A stretch of DNA of 64,000 nucleotides from Monocercomonoides exilis PA203 (Eukaryota > Protista > Preaxostyla). The notes under the pieces are model-generated. The model was not told the DNA's origin. It saw nothing but the letters and a program-made list of their open reading frames with translations, and did not search any database. Made by a program: the position numbers and the translations under genes. The DNA lies in contig LSRY02000011.1 of the NCBI GenBank assembly GCA_001643675.2, forward strand, positions 186,001 through 250,000. Direction: 5' to 3'. This document shows, piece after piece, positions 13,701 through 27,100 of the stretch. Position 1 is the first letter of the stretch. Each line of letters opens with the position of its first letter.

Positions 13701-16700
13701 GAAGAACTTTTCTTTATGTTGTTGTTATCTTCCATCTGTTTGTTATTCGTGTTTGTTTTTTCATTCACATTCTGTTTCTCTTTCCCTTCCCATCCATCAA
13801 TTTTTCTTCTTCTTTCCTTCTCTTCCTTCTCTTCTGCTTTTCTGTCTTCGAATATTCTCCTCATAATCCTTGGCTCCGTCACAGACGCCACAAAACTCAA
13901 GAAAAAGGGGTCAAACACGACAACAAGCAACACTCTGGCAGCAATTGAGCGAGAAAGAAGGTCAGAAGAGAAGGAGAGGAGAGAAATCGAATGGAACAAG
14001 AGAACAGCCTCAGGAACGAGGAAGCTGCCGAGACAGGAAAGAAGACGGAGGAAGAGGCAGGGGATGAGAGAGGCGAGGGAAAGAGTGGCTGATTGGGAGA
14101 GAGGGAGAGGAGAGGAAGAGGTGGAGGGAGAAGAGGAAGATGAAGAAGAGGAGGAGGAAGATGAAGATGATGTTCCCATTGAATACAACGAAAAGGGAGG
14201 AGAAGGAGAAGGGGATGGAGAGAATGTGGGTGATTGAAGAAAAGATAGTTGATTCTGAGATGAAGTTGAAGAAGAAGAAGAAGAAGACAATGAAGAAGAA
14301 GATGATGTTGATGATGATGACATTTGGGCAGAATAAGAAGTAAAAGGCGAAGCATTCTTCTTCTTCTGTTTCTCTGAAGAAGAAGAAGAAGAAGATGATG
14401 ATGATGATGATGATGATTGATCAGCAGGTGATAGAATAATCTGACTGGGACTTCTTTCAAACTGCGAAGGAGGAGAGAAAGAAGGAGAGAAAGAGAAAGG
14501 AGAATTGGAAGGAAGAGAAGAAAGAGAAGAAGAAGAGAAAGAAGAAGAAAGAGAAGAATCAAATGAATGAGGATGATTAGCAGAAAAAGGGTCGCTGGAG
14601 AAGAAGTGAGGAGGAAGGCGGTGCTGAGGAGAGAATCTGCTGGTGATGAGAGGAAGGGTGTGCAATGAAGAGTGGGAGAAGAAGGTGACGGAAGGAGAAT
14701 GAGAGGATGGAGTGAATGAAGAAGAGGAGGAAGAGGAAGAGGAGGAGGGGAAAGAGGAAGAAGAAGAAGAAGAAGAAGAATTTGAAAGATAGAAAGAAGG
14801 TGGATTGGATGCAGAAGAAAGAGGAGAATCTGCACTTGTGGATGTTATGAAGCTAATCTCAGGTGAAGAAGAAGAAGATGATGATGATGAAAGAGGAGAA
14901 GAAGATGATAAAGATGAAGAAGAAGTGATAATTTTCATTGAAGCATCAGAAGAGAGAGAAGGAAGAGGCGGTGCTTCATCAGGCAAAGTGACAGGAGAAA
15001 GAGCAAAACCAGATGGATGTTTCTGCTTTTTGTGGGGCGAATTGTCAGAAGGAGAAGAAGAAGAAGAAGTGAAGCGAGTGACTGAAGGAAAAAAGGATGA
15101 CTCAGAAGGAGAAGGAAAGAGAGATTGTGATTGTGATGAAGAAGAAGAAGATAAAGAGGATGAAGAAGAAGAGGATGAGGATGAAGTGTTTGATTGTTGT
15201 GATGTTGATTGAGTAGCATCGCTATTTCTGTTGGAAGAGGAAGCATCTTCAGAAGATGTTGTAGAAGAAGAAGAAGAAGATGATGATGATGATGATGATG
15301 AATTCATTTGGTAGCTGGGAAAGTCAACAGGAGTGAATTGAGTGAAATGAGGCTGAAGAGAAAGCAAGAAAGATGTTATCTGCTGTGGCTGTGTGTGGAG
15401 TGAGGAAGGAAACAGATGAGACTTCGCTTTCAGACTGGAAAAGGGAGTGGAAGGAGAGGGAGAGGTGAAAGAAGGGAGAGGAGGAGGAGGGAGAGGGAGG
15501 GGAAGAGGGCTTGAGGAAGATTGAGAAGAAGTAGAGGAAGAAGAAGAGGAAGAGGAAGAAGAAGTAGAAGAGGGAAGAGATTGACTTGATGTTGAAGGAG
15601 AGCTCGCTGTGTTTGAAGGAGGAGAATCTGCAGAGGAAGAAAAAAGAGGAGAGGAAGAAGAAGAAGATGATGATGATGATGCTTCATTAGATTGCGTGTG
15701 TGTTGAATGAATGGCAGAAGGAGAAGGTGAAGTGGCTGATGGAACAAAAGAAGAGAAAGAAGGGTTGTTTTGAGAGGGATCTGAAGAAACCAAAGAAAAA
15801 GACTCTTGTTTTGAATCAGAATTCGAATTAGAAGAAGAGGAAGATGATGATGACGATGATGAGGTTGTAAATGAAAAAGACAAAGAAGATGTTCTAGTTG
15901 CACTGGAAGACGAAGCAGGCGACGAATTCTTTGCCAAAAACGTGACAATCTGCGATGGCTTTGAAAACTGTGCTGTGCCGTCGACAGAAAAGCAGCAGTC
16001 GATCATCGACAGCTGCATCGACAGCGGAATGCCTTCGAAACGGCAGTCGATCGCAGCAGAAACAGCTGCCTCGGCCATTCGGATGCTCTCCTCAAACATC
16101 CGGTTCTCTTCTTCAGACACTTTGCTTTCTCTTTCCTCTTTGCTCTGCTTCTTTGAGGGGAAATGGTGTGTTTCAGAGAAGGTTCTTGTGGAAGCAGAAG
16201 AAGCAGAAGAAGAAGAAGAAGAAGGGATATCTGAATGGATGCTACACTTTGTTGGTGATTTGTTCATAATTTGTGTCTTTTCACTCATTTTCTGGAGTTT
16301 TCCATTCTTTCCTGTTTTGATCCACACAAATGGGAACATCGGATGCAGAGCACACGAGCCGCGCACAGAACGCTCTTCAAACGTCAAATACGAATGAGAC
16401 AGTGAACTCAAACAATGTCCTTCTTCACAATGTGAGTCTGCCGCAAGATTTGCCAGCTGAGCAGAGGATGGCTCGATGATAGGCGGTGACTGCCACTGCA
16501 TGCTCCCTGTCCTGATCTGCAATATGCTGTAGATCAATTCATTCGGTGCTCCAAGACATGAAGCTAATAAAGGCACCAACTGTGTTTGTATCTCGTATAA
16601 AAACTGCATGAAATGAGGGCAGCTCGGCAACGCTGCTAGAAAAGACAAACTCGTAAATGGTTGCAAAAGCTGCCATTGCCTAAATAATGAAAAAGTCGAA

Positions 16701-17365
16701 CGTCCCAAAAACAATCCATCAATTACGCTTTTAAATAGTTTAAATGTGTCCCTGGATAGTTGCTCTTGATCAAAACTTACTCCTCGACTGGACGGAGGTG
16801 AATGTGATACTGATCCAAAACAAGATATAAAACTACTACACATTAATGAAATAACGCTAAAAGGTAGTCCCTGTGATAGCGTTTGAATGCATTGGCATTT
16901 TGACTCGGCAAATGTCATTGTTAGGTCAAAAAGTTTAATTAAGCGAGAGCATGATATTTCATGCTGAATTATTGAAGTTAGAAGATCAACTAGCCTATTG
17001 GCAGCCTGATCTGTTGCATTGCTTTGAGCTGCATCTTTCAAATTCATCAAAACAAAATCAAATCCGGCTTCACTTAAGCAATTGTGATCTACCAAAATTC
17101 TCAATGCAGAATGCCTAACTGCTTGTAAATCATTCGATTTTGGCATGTGATGTACGAGTGGAGCTACAACGGTTGCATCTGACATTATGATGCTTGCTGC
17201 ATAAACTGCATTTTTTGGCTGACATTTTTCTTTTAATAGTTTTAATGCACATTGATATTCGCCTTTTACCGTATCTGTAAAGCCATTTGTATCTTTAGAT
17301 AATTTTGTTAAAAATGATATGAGTTCGGTAACGAAAAAAGGCGAGGAAGAACCAGATTTTTCCAT
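2..17365 (-). CDS. MON2: Giant MON2-like protein (Sec7-family relative with DCB/HUS/HDS regions), 3'-incomplete, at least 5,788 codons, no intron needed
   Basis: ATG at 17365 (MEKSGSSSPFFVTELISFLTKLSKDT...). No minus-strand ORF in the track between 1 and 17365 uses this frame, so the frame has no stop before the window edge; spot translations near 1-150, 600-780, 2.7k, 3.1k, 8.2k, 9.2k and 14k are open. MON2-like islands: VVAPLVHH...ALRILVDHNCLSE (DCB); FLVPEAVLLFHSI...RSIAARVLLVVVFDPFFL (HUS); LCRLLDVVRFNIFRFSLFEAPLLSFL and HDDVREAVCVQLHHIIDVWGGLL (HDS); LLISPRIEHRTSALLTI; DTQYKQWEETL (MON2 DTAEKQWAETW as recalled). Confidence 0.8.
8870..8970 (-). repeat. Coding hexamer microsatellite (GAGAAA)n encoding (EK)n inside the MON2-like ORF
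   Basis: Tandem ctttct units on the + strand. Confidence 0.9.
11575..11672 (-). repeat. Compound trinucleotide tract (TCA)n(TCT)n(TCC)n encoding poly-Ser; many similar tracts between 8.4 and 15.9 kb
   Basis: + strand reads (gga)n(aga)n(tga)n. Confidence 0.9.
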
Positions 17366-17722
17366 TCTCTCCTTCACAAAAATAATATATGGGAACAAAA
17401 AAAGCAATCATTTTTTAGTCTTACTGAAACTGTCTAAATTTTTTTTGTTTTAATAGTGGATTCTCAGTAATGTGCATCAATAACGAATCATATTTTTAAT
17501 TCGTTGATTTTTCATAATCAAATTTCTCATATTACAGCAATCTGAATAATCACCTTTAAAATCCTTTGTTTTTGTGTGTACAATATATTCTTTTCTATAT
17601 TTTCGCAAAACAGACAATTTTCAGTAAAATAAGCTTTGAAGCATTATTCATAAAAATAAAAAGTGGCATTAACAAATACGTTCACAACAAAGTAACAAAA
17701 CATTCAAAACACTATAAATAGA

Positions 17723-19557
17723 TTATGCAGATTCCTCCAATTTCTCTAATTCATCGGAAAGAACAGTAAGCTCGTTTTCTTTCTCCTCAGCAGCCTTTGT
17801 AAGTGCCTGCAATTCTGCCTCTAACGAAGATACCTCAGCTTCCTTGGCTTCAAGTTGTTTAGACAACTCCAATTCTTTCTCTCCCTCGCCTTGTGAAGGA
17901 GCATTGCTGCCGATCTTTTCTTTTGCTTCTTTGATAGCAGCCTCCAACTCTGCGATCTTCTTCTCTGCATCTTCAAGCTCTTTCTTTGGCACACTGGGAG
18001 TGGCTGAGCCAGAAACAGGAGTGCCCAAAATGGACGAGGCACCCAAAGGAGAGCGGATTGGAGTCGACATCACTGGAGATCCCATTGGAGATGCCATGGG
18101 TGTTGCAAATGCTGCGAAATTTCATTCACGATAAGCATATTGTAATAAAATTAAATAATATTTTTAAAATACAATCAAGTATTGATCAAATTAATTGAAA
18201 TTTCTTTATAAGTTCAAAAAAGAAGAAAATCAAACCATCTGCTGGGAGCTCGTCGCCTTTCTTGTATTCACCTTTTCCATCGGCTGTGAAGACGTAATAT
18301 CTTGGTGGCTTGTTCTCTCCTTTCATCCACTCTTCGCTTGTCATTGAAGGTGTGGTTGTATCCACCACTGGTGGGTAGATGTCTGCCTGGAACATTTCTG
18401 AACGACGCGGCACGACAAATGAGATGGGTTCAATCGAATCTTTCGCAGTAATACGGAAGAACTTCATGATTTCGCAGTGTTCGGAATGCACATACTGCTT
18501 GGGAAGAGCTGTGAGGCCACGTGTTGGTGTGCCCTCGGGGAAGGTGGTGATGTAGAAGAAGTGTGGAGGATCTTCAGTGAGTTCATAGTATCTAATGTTT
18601 GCCTCACCTTTCGACCCGATGAACAAAATCTGTGTGGCTTCATCAAAGAATGGCATCATGATACCAGATGCTTGATCAATCACGTTGGACACAATTGGCT
18701 TGGTTGTGTTTCGTTCATCCCATATGAGAACTTGACGATTGCTTCCTTGTCCAAATCCTGTTGACATGAGCCAGTTTCTCTTGTTGTTGAAGAGGAAACG
18801 AGCTGTTTTCACTCCGGCGTGTGATTGAATTTCAAGAACTTTTTGATTGGATCTTACATCAAACAAACGTATTTTTTTGTCTCTGCATTGAGTTCCAATC
18901 ATGTTTCCTGCTTGGTTCCATTGGAATGATTGGATTGCGTCTCCATGTTGGCCATCAATTGCAATAAGCCTCTCTTTTGTTTGTAAATCCCAAATTTTGA
19001 TGGTTGCATCAGCACCTGCAGATGCAAGAACTCCTGATACGCATGGATTCCAAATAACTTCAGTGGATTTTCTTCCGTGTCCAGTAAAAGCTGCAACTGG
19101 CTCTTCAATTCCATCAGCTGGCATTCCGCTCTCTGGAATCTTCCAAACACGAACTGTGCAATCTTCGCATGTTGTTGCAATTGTATCCTAAAACATTGGA
19201 TGGAAAAAATAGCAACGTGTCAAAACAAATAACAATCAAAATTAAAAATCTTTGAATGATTTGGAAATAAAAAGTACAGACTGGATCATGTGGGCAAAAA
19301 TCCATATCTGTAACAGGGCGTGTGTGACCTCGAATGAGGGGCATTGACGTTGGGTGACGTCCAACTTGTGTTGAAGGAAAGACGCAAATAGCACCTCCTC
19401 CAGAACCTTCCCAAATGTAAGAGATGTATTTGTTGTTCACCTTTATCATGTTAGTATCGAGGGTAGTTCCTGTTCCTTTTATGCCCTCATACATAAACTC
19501 ACGTTTGGCGAGCTCTCCAAACACATGACGGAATTTGCTTTTTCTGACAAATGACAT
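17723..19557 (-). CDS. CORO: Coronin (WD40 actin-binding protein with C-terminal coiled coil), ~538 aa, introns 19188-19281 and 18112-18235
   Basis: N-terminal FVRKSKFRHVFG signature. Spliced DFCPHDP|DTIATTCEDCTVRVWKIP; IEPISFVVPRRSEMFQADIYPP; heptad-rich C-terminus. Both GT-AG introns restore the frame. Confidence 0.95.
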
Positions 19558-19870
19558 TTCGATCTCAATACCTTAACTTCTGCCAAAATTATTTTTTTAT
19601 TTTCATGAGCATTCTTTAATAATTTTTTATTTATTTTTTGACAGAGAAGATCTAACAAGTTTCAAGAATGTTGAGAAAATCATATCATATGAATTGTCAC
19701 GAACAAATTTTTGAAAAAAGAAGTTAATATTATTAATAATGTTCACAACGTTTTTCAATAAACCCCAAGTTCAAAAATGTTTAAATTTGTTATTAATGTT
19801 TTGATAGGAATAGAAGATATGTTAATTATAAAGATAACCATAACATTTTTACAATATATCAATATCTTTT

Positions 19871-20189
19871 ATGGAAACAAGTGACAAAAATGAATATGAA
19901 CTTGATGAACTATTCAATTTGGAAGAAAGCTCTGATCATTTGAAGGAACTGATGAATGGTTTTGTTTATATTTTGATTTATGTATATTTTTGAATTTGTT
20001 GTAATTTTGTTTGTTACAGAATATGAAATGCTGAATTTGTTGCAACAACACATTCAAACAATTGTAGATTATTCATATATCGCGACAAAAGGGCCTACTC
20101 GCTCATTTGATGAGAGCATATTTTCTAAAGATGTTCAAAAACTTATTCATAGAATATTGATAAATTGTCAAAATATTGCCAAAGCTTGA
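19871..20189 (+). CDS. Small hypothetical protein (~85 aa), putative intron 19959-20019
   Basis: METSDKNEYELDELF...MNE|YEMLNLLQQH joined in frame by a GT...CAG intron. No recognisable motif; upstream exons are possible. Confidence 0.35.
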
Positions 20190-21189
20190 ACTAATTAATC
20201 TACTCATGTAGAAGCTTCATTATGTGATTCAATATGTCAATATTTTTTTAAAATTGTTGCTTTTTGAAAGTTATCTTTAAAGAAAAATATATTTCTTTAA
20301 AAAATAACTGTTACAAAAAACAGTCAAATGTGTCACTACAATATTGAAAGATATTATTATTTTATATTTCTCATTGAAAATATATTATATCTTTTTTGTT
20401 CAAAATTATGAAGTAATTGTGTTTACAGTATATTTTTTTGTTCTTCAAATGTGATTTTATAATGAATAAATAACGTTTTTCATCATTTGAAAAATATAAC
20501 ATATATTTTCCACAATTTTTTTCTTTACGTAGCTTGATTTGAATTATTTTTTGGGAATTTTTAAAATACAAGAAAATATTTGAAAAGATTTAGTAATTTT
20601 AAATAATTTTTGTTCTTTTATTTTTTCACAGGTTATTTTAATAATAACTTGTTTTTTCAGAAAATAAAACTGGTTTTTTTTTCAATAAAAAGTGAAGTGT
20701 ATTTTGTTCAATAATTTTTGTGATTTGTCAAATCGGAAAAAGAACTGCAATTCTAACATAAATTATCACAAAAAAAAATTCGATCCACACCACAGAACAT
20801 AAAATTCTCTGTAATAAATCAATAGAGCTGTAAGTGACAAAACATCTTTGTTAAAAGTTGTGTAATTCTTTCATGTAGTCAACAGACCAAATAAAAAAAT
20901 GAAATGACAAATAGAAAAGCGTTGATTTGAGATTGAAAACGTTTCACTTTTTCATCAAATTTTGTACACTTTCAAAAGAATAAATACCTGATATGCTTGC
21001 AAGTGCAAAAGAACATGTCAAATATTTTTTAATTTCATAAATGCATTGGAGTTGGTACCTTCACTTTATAAATTTTGATACGTCGAACCTGTAAAAAATT
21101 TTTCATTTGAAGTTTCTGGTGAAAGATGAGATAATATATGTTGAAGAAACGTAATTTTAATGTCGACTCAAAGAGATTTGAATGGATAA

Positions 21190-24100
21190 TTATATCATTG
21201 GTATAAGCCCATCTGTAACTTCCAAAAGATGATTCATGTTATGAAATCTGGCAATGTTATTCAGAATTGTGATGGTCTCTGTAAGTTCATTTTTATCAAT
21301 TGTTAATGAGTATCTGCCAGTGCATTTGCAAGACTCTCCAAAGAATGAGTTTTGGACAAGTCGGCATCGAGGGCAACGCATATCCTGAAACATTTAATAG
21401 AAAATATGATATGGCAAAGTTAAATTTCAAAGTGAAAAAAAAATAAATAATTTGAATAAAAAATGGCTAATAATAAGTGCATAAAAAAGGAGTTTTTAAC
21501 ATTTGAAAAGATCATTTAGTAATTTCACTAAATAAAAAAATGTATCTATTTTCCATATAGGCAAACTTGTGTGTAATAAGCAGCAAGCTGTTTATCAATT
21601 AATTCGATAAGAAGTCCCTCAATGGCACGAATGCTGTATGGATGGCCGCATAAAGGACAATTCCAATTTCCGTGTATTAGCAGTTTATCACGTGCCAGAT
21701 CGAGATCTCGCGCAGCCCCGCAGTATCCACAGGAAAATGATGTTAAAATGATGGAAGCAGATGGCAGAACAAACTGAGATGAGGTGGCAAAGGCACTGAC
21801 GTGAAGGCGGTTGAGGATGTTATTCTTTACAACATTTACAGACGAGCGGATAATTGGATCCAGTGAAAGCAAATGACAAACAGCTATAACAAAGTTAACT
21901 GCAGGAGGATTCGTCCACTTTGATGGAAGAGAAAATGTGGAAGGAGAATTTGAAGAAGAAACAGATGAAGAAGAAATATCAGCAGGTAAACTGTTTTGTG
22001 AGTCGGGTGGTATTTCCTTTTCATATCCTCTGACCATCTCATCAAGGATGGTCTGAATATCTTGCTTGATAAATGTATCGAATACTTTCCATTTCTTCTT
22101 TTCATCTAATTTCTTAATCTCTTCTGAAGATGAAGAAGACGATGACGATGAATTCTTTTTTACAACTTTCATAATTTTTTTCTTTGCCAAGCTTTCCCCT
22201 TCCACATCACCAAGTTTGTTGATTCTATCTTCATCATCTTCATCGTCATTCAATCCTTCTTCGACCACTGCATCAATCAAACTTGGAATCCGCGATCCTT
22301 GATTTGATTTAGATTCGTCTTTAAGCCTTTCTTCTTCTGATCTTTGAGTAGTGTCCATCCATTCCAAGCAAAATAGAATGTATCTTCCGATAAGCACAGC
22401 AAAGCGTGTGCGCAATGACTCTGGCAAGTATCTCAGAATATCCCATTGATAATGAAGACTATACGGAGACTTGTTTTGTGATGGATTCGCCTGTGTCTTA
22501 GCTTTATTGGTGGAATTTGTTCCCTTTTTGTTTGTTAATGAATCCGTTTCAGTTATTTCTCCTTCTTTGTTTCGAATTATTTTTGTGCGCTTTTCTGATC
22601 CTTCTTCAGATCCGCTGTTTTCTTCTTCATCCGAAAAGTCGAAGCCACTGTCGCTTTCATCTTCATCCATTGAATCTTGATCTTTTTCAGAAGATGATTC
22701 GTCTGAAGAATTCTCACCCTTTCCTTTTCCTACCCCATCTCCATCTGATTCACTTGAAGTGTCGTCTTTGCTTTGTTCTGAAACAACAGCTCCTCCAAAG
22801 TTGTTGATATCAAGGAACATCAAACAACGCCAAGTGCTCACAACATCAAACACCATCATACCAAACATTTCAGATGATCTTAGTGCTTCTATTGCAACAT
22901 GAACCATTGCTCCAGCTTCTCTCATTGTATGCCGTTGAGTGTCAATTATCACTCGAGAAGGCGATGCATACACAATTCTCATTCCTTGCTTCACCAAGAA
23001 GAACAACAAATGGAAAAGCATCTTCTTCATGCAAACGTGTACTGTCTCCAAAAGAGCACCATCAAACAGAAGCGATTGATCTGAACTAATCCAACGATAA
23101 AACTGCGATAAAAGTGTATCTGCTGTTTTGCCAAGAGCAAATTTTTCTTCGTCAAACAATGCTGGTCCAGATGCTCCATTTGCCGAAGATGAAGAATCAG
23201 AAAATGGATTCGGAGCTGTGAGCACCTCAACATAAAACGCCGTTAATAAATCGTGTAGTTTCTTGAAGATCTGTGAGGAAGACGAAAAACGAGAAAGTCG
23301 TCCTTCTTCACGTGTCATTCCGCAGATGATCATTTGAGATGGTGCTTGAGGACCAGACGCAGCAGAAGATGAAGCAGATGACGAAGATGTCTGTGACTGA
23401 CGTCCTGCAATCAAAGGAGGAGGCATCAGCTCCATTGAAGAATTACTATTTGGTCTGTTGCTTCCTCTCATTGATGCCTCTCTTTCATCTTGCGACAAGC
23501 CAAGCAAAACAGATGATTGAGGAATATCAGCTCTCAAATAATCTTTCATAAGTGCCATTTTTCCTGAATCTATTTTGCTTCTAGAATTGATATTTCCATA
23601 TCCTCCACTTTTCCATCTCTGTCTGTCTTTGTTTGTTTGATATTCATCGTCCATTTCAGCTCCAAGACTCTCATCAGCACTGGCAAGTTTTGATGATTGA
23701 ATGACAGCTGCCACGGCCAAGTTGATCACATTCAGCTCAACACACACAGAATGATACATGCCGCTGTTTGTTATCTCAGGAAGTGTATCTTTCTCCCACA
23801 AGTTTTGCTGGGATTCATTCTCAGAAGATTTATAAGACGTGCCAGAACTGGAGATGGTCTGCTTAGATTTCCCAACGCCAACAAGTTTTATTCCTGTTGT
23901 AGGCGCTGAGCCCATCTGTGAATGAAGCAGGCCAGCATGCATATCTCCAAGATCTGCATAATGCGTGGATGACAACCAACTAACACGATACGGTTGAGGA
24001 GGAGTGTGCAGCTGACGTGTGAACATCATATCGAGTGCAAACGAATGAGGATCTGGGAAATGTGTTATGTTTGTTAAAGGCAATGCTGACGAACGGGAGA

Positions 24101-27100
24101 GATGAACAGTATCATCAATCCAGCGAGACAGCAAAAGAAGACGCAAAACAAAAGCACGCGATGCTTCAGCGCCCCACATGACAGATGGCAGATGAGCATC
24201 AGCATTGTTTGGAGGTACAATTGCGAGTGGCATCGATGCCAGCGATGGAATGGCACCGATGATTGACGAAGCAGGTTGACTGCACGACTGAAGAAGGATA
24301 AGAGCGGAGGATGGAATGCCATGTGTTGATGTGGTTGATAACACATTAGACAGTGCATTGCTGTTGCTTTTTCCTTTGCCTCCAGAAGTTGCTGAAGAAG
24401 CATTTGATTGCAAAATTGTGTTTGTTTTGTATTCATTGCGAGTCAAAAAGTAGCTGATCGCATCTGTGACATGTCTGTATCCTTCTCTCATTGTTTCTGC
24501 TGTCTTCACCACGATTGCAGGCAGTCTGTCTTCGCTATGCAGAATCGGATGCAGATCTCGAAATGTGTCTGCTCCTGTTCCTGATGCACTTTCAGTGAGT
24601 CCATCGCTTTTTGATTGCTCTTCTGCAGCCAGACGCTTCAGAAAGTCTTCCATCGGGCGTTTGATCACATCAGGTGCTGTTCTTTTGCTTTGAGGTGTAA
24701 CAAAAACAGCAAAGATGGTATGAGATTTGTTGTGGTAAATGCCAAAAAAGCACTGTTGACTTTGGGTTGCGGCAGAGCTGTTAAGAGAAGGTGGTTGTGT
24801 TGTGTAGAGAAAGATGGCAGGAAGGTTGCGGTCAATCGGAGGAAATGAGTTCCTTGGAACAAGAGTTGGTGCGATTGTTGGCAGTGGCGAGGATGAAATC
24901 GAAGCAGAAGCAGAAGAGGAAGATGAAGCTGAAGCTGATGATGATGTTGTGGATGATAATGAAGCAATATCTTTCTCATTCTTTTGTGCCATTTTGACCG
25001 CTTTAAAGTCCTTTGGAGTGAGATATGAAACTTTTTTTGGTGACAATGATTCAAAATCATCCACCTTGAATACTGAATTGAGTGAAGTGGTTGCAGTTAC
25101 TTTCTTCAATCTTACGCAACTGCCCAGCTGCTCCATGATCCGAACAACAGGCGATATCTGTGCCTCGAATAACCCTAGCACTTCCGGGTTGGATGTGAAA
25201 TGCGAAAGCCACTCTTCCATTGGAACAGAAGGATCGATGCTCAGTTCGAAGAGATGGTGCCGAGGGAGGCCGTGTGGAAGGATTGCATGAGACACGCTTG
25301 CAGAGCGGATGAATGGGAGCAAGTACTTCAGTGGCTTTGATTGCTGAGACTTGTGGTTAAAAGATGAGGAAAGAGAAGAAGAGCTTTGGGTGAAGTGCTG
25401 AGGTGTTGGTGCAGGAGTGATGGTGGAAGACAAGAATGGATTGTGAGTTGGATTGTCTCGTGTTGCTTCTCTCAGCCGGGATATATCTTCTTCGGTCACC
25501 AAAAACGATGGCTGAGGAGTTGTGCAGTCAACAAAAATCCTCTTTTCAGCTTCAATGTGGATTGGCACAACAATTCCATTTGCATAAACCCACATTGTAA
25601 GCTCTCTTGTCGACAAAGAGGCTGGTGCAAAGATCGAAGACAACTGCATCGAGCTTGCAGAACCCTGATTTATCGCGTTGAGTGCAGCAGCTGATGAAGT
25701 GATGGATGCTGTGAGTGCATGTGATGAAGGGGTCACAGGCTGAGACGGGGCAATCTGAAGGATCTGCCAATGTGTGCGGAAGAGCGGGGCAAACTGACCA
25801 GTGAAAAGAGGAGTGGCGCCAGTTGGGCGAAACAAGGACGGCTGCACACGACGCAGATGTGCTGCTGCAATCGCAGCGACAGAAGATGACTGCTTCTTGT
25901 TGTCATACAGCACCACAGCATCCGTTGAAGTGTTGTCAGATGTGTTTGAGTCGGTCATTAAAGATGTCACATTCCCCAGGCGATGCTTCTGCGAACGTTG
26001 GGCGCTCCACAGCTTTCGATGATACGCCAACCTGATTCAAAAACATCAAGAGCAATTTTCAAACAACAAGTGATGAAAATATAATTTAATAAAAGATATT
26101 GAAAATTAAAAAATATCATAGAATCAAATAATATTTCATACCATTCGTTAAAGTTTTCTGTCATCGAAGGAACATCCTCATTCTCTTTTCCAGGCGGATA
26201 GCGAAGAATTGTCCATTTTCTCTGTGCAACAATTGCTGCAATCACTTTCTTGTCGTATTTCGAAGTTATTTGTCCATCTTTTGATTTTCCCAAGTTTTTC
26301 TTTTTTTGTGAAGATGAGCGATTAGAAAGCGACTGAAGAGATTCAGAAACGGTTTTCTTGTTTGATGAATTGAACAAGTCAACTACAGAATTAGAGAAAG
26401 CAGAAGATGTTGAGGTTGAATCAGAACTTGAATCAACAACATCTGCAGAAGTTGATAAAGACGATTCCAAATCAATCTGTGCATCTTCAATGTCTGCTGT
26501 CTCTTTGTGCATCTGCTTTCCAGAATCGCCGAGAGGTCGGAAAAATTCAGTGATGTGTCGAGACTTGCCCATTGTCTCCTCTCTCAACCGTTTTTGAAGC
26601 CAATCAGGCAGCTCAATCGATGGAGTGGGATTCTCTACGCCTTGTAGGACAGCTGGAATAGACACAATTTTGATGATTGTGGAGCTAAGTCTTGCGTGAT
26701 AGTAATCCCAATCAAGAATAGCTCGGATGTCTACTGTTCCATCGCTGTTTCCAAATGAAGTTATTCCCAGCCATTTTTTGAGATATGAGCGTTTCAGCAC
26801 TTCGTCATCCAGCCGAAACACTGCAACAGGAATTGTTCGCTCAGACACTGGTCTTTTCGAAGCACCAGGCGGATCCTTTGCCACAATAAACTTGCAAGAG
26901 AGACCTTTGTCTTTGACAACATCTTCGCCAAGCATATCCCCTAGCCTACGTGCTGCAGTGATTGAGTTGCTTTTCTGCCCTTCGTAATCAGCAAGAGCAC
27001 GAGACATGGAATGTGTCTCAGACAAAAGATCAAAAATGTCGTCTTCAGGTACATGTGATCCATGGGACAACAAAATATCGAGCTGCTCGTTGCACAATTC

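Noticed and set aside
19-16397. Dozens of short Leu/His/Arg/Lys/Glu-rich ORFs in the track (e.g. 8620-9063 poly-RK, 13897-14835)
   Set aside because: They are alternative-frame or antisense shadows of the microsatellite-rich MON2-like ORF. The same applies to the short ORFs inside POLE and REV3.
20190-21189. Possible gene or repeat relic between the hypothetical gene and POLE
   Set aside because: Only short AT-rich ORFs and two short word matches to foldback B (agtgacaaa, tttcatgtagtc); insufficient support.
25967-26141. Apparent frameshift or split of POLE into two overlapping ORFs
   Set aside because: A GT-AG intron (26032-26141) restores FNEW|LAYHRKLW.
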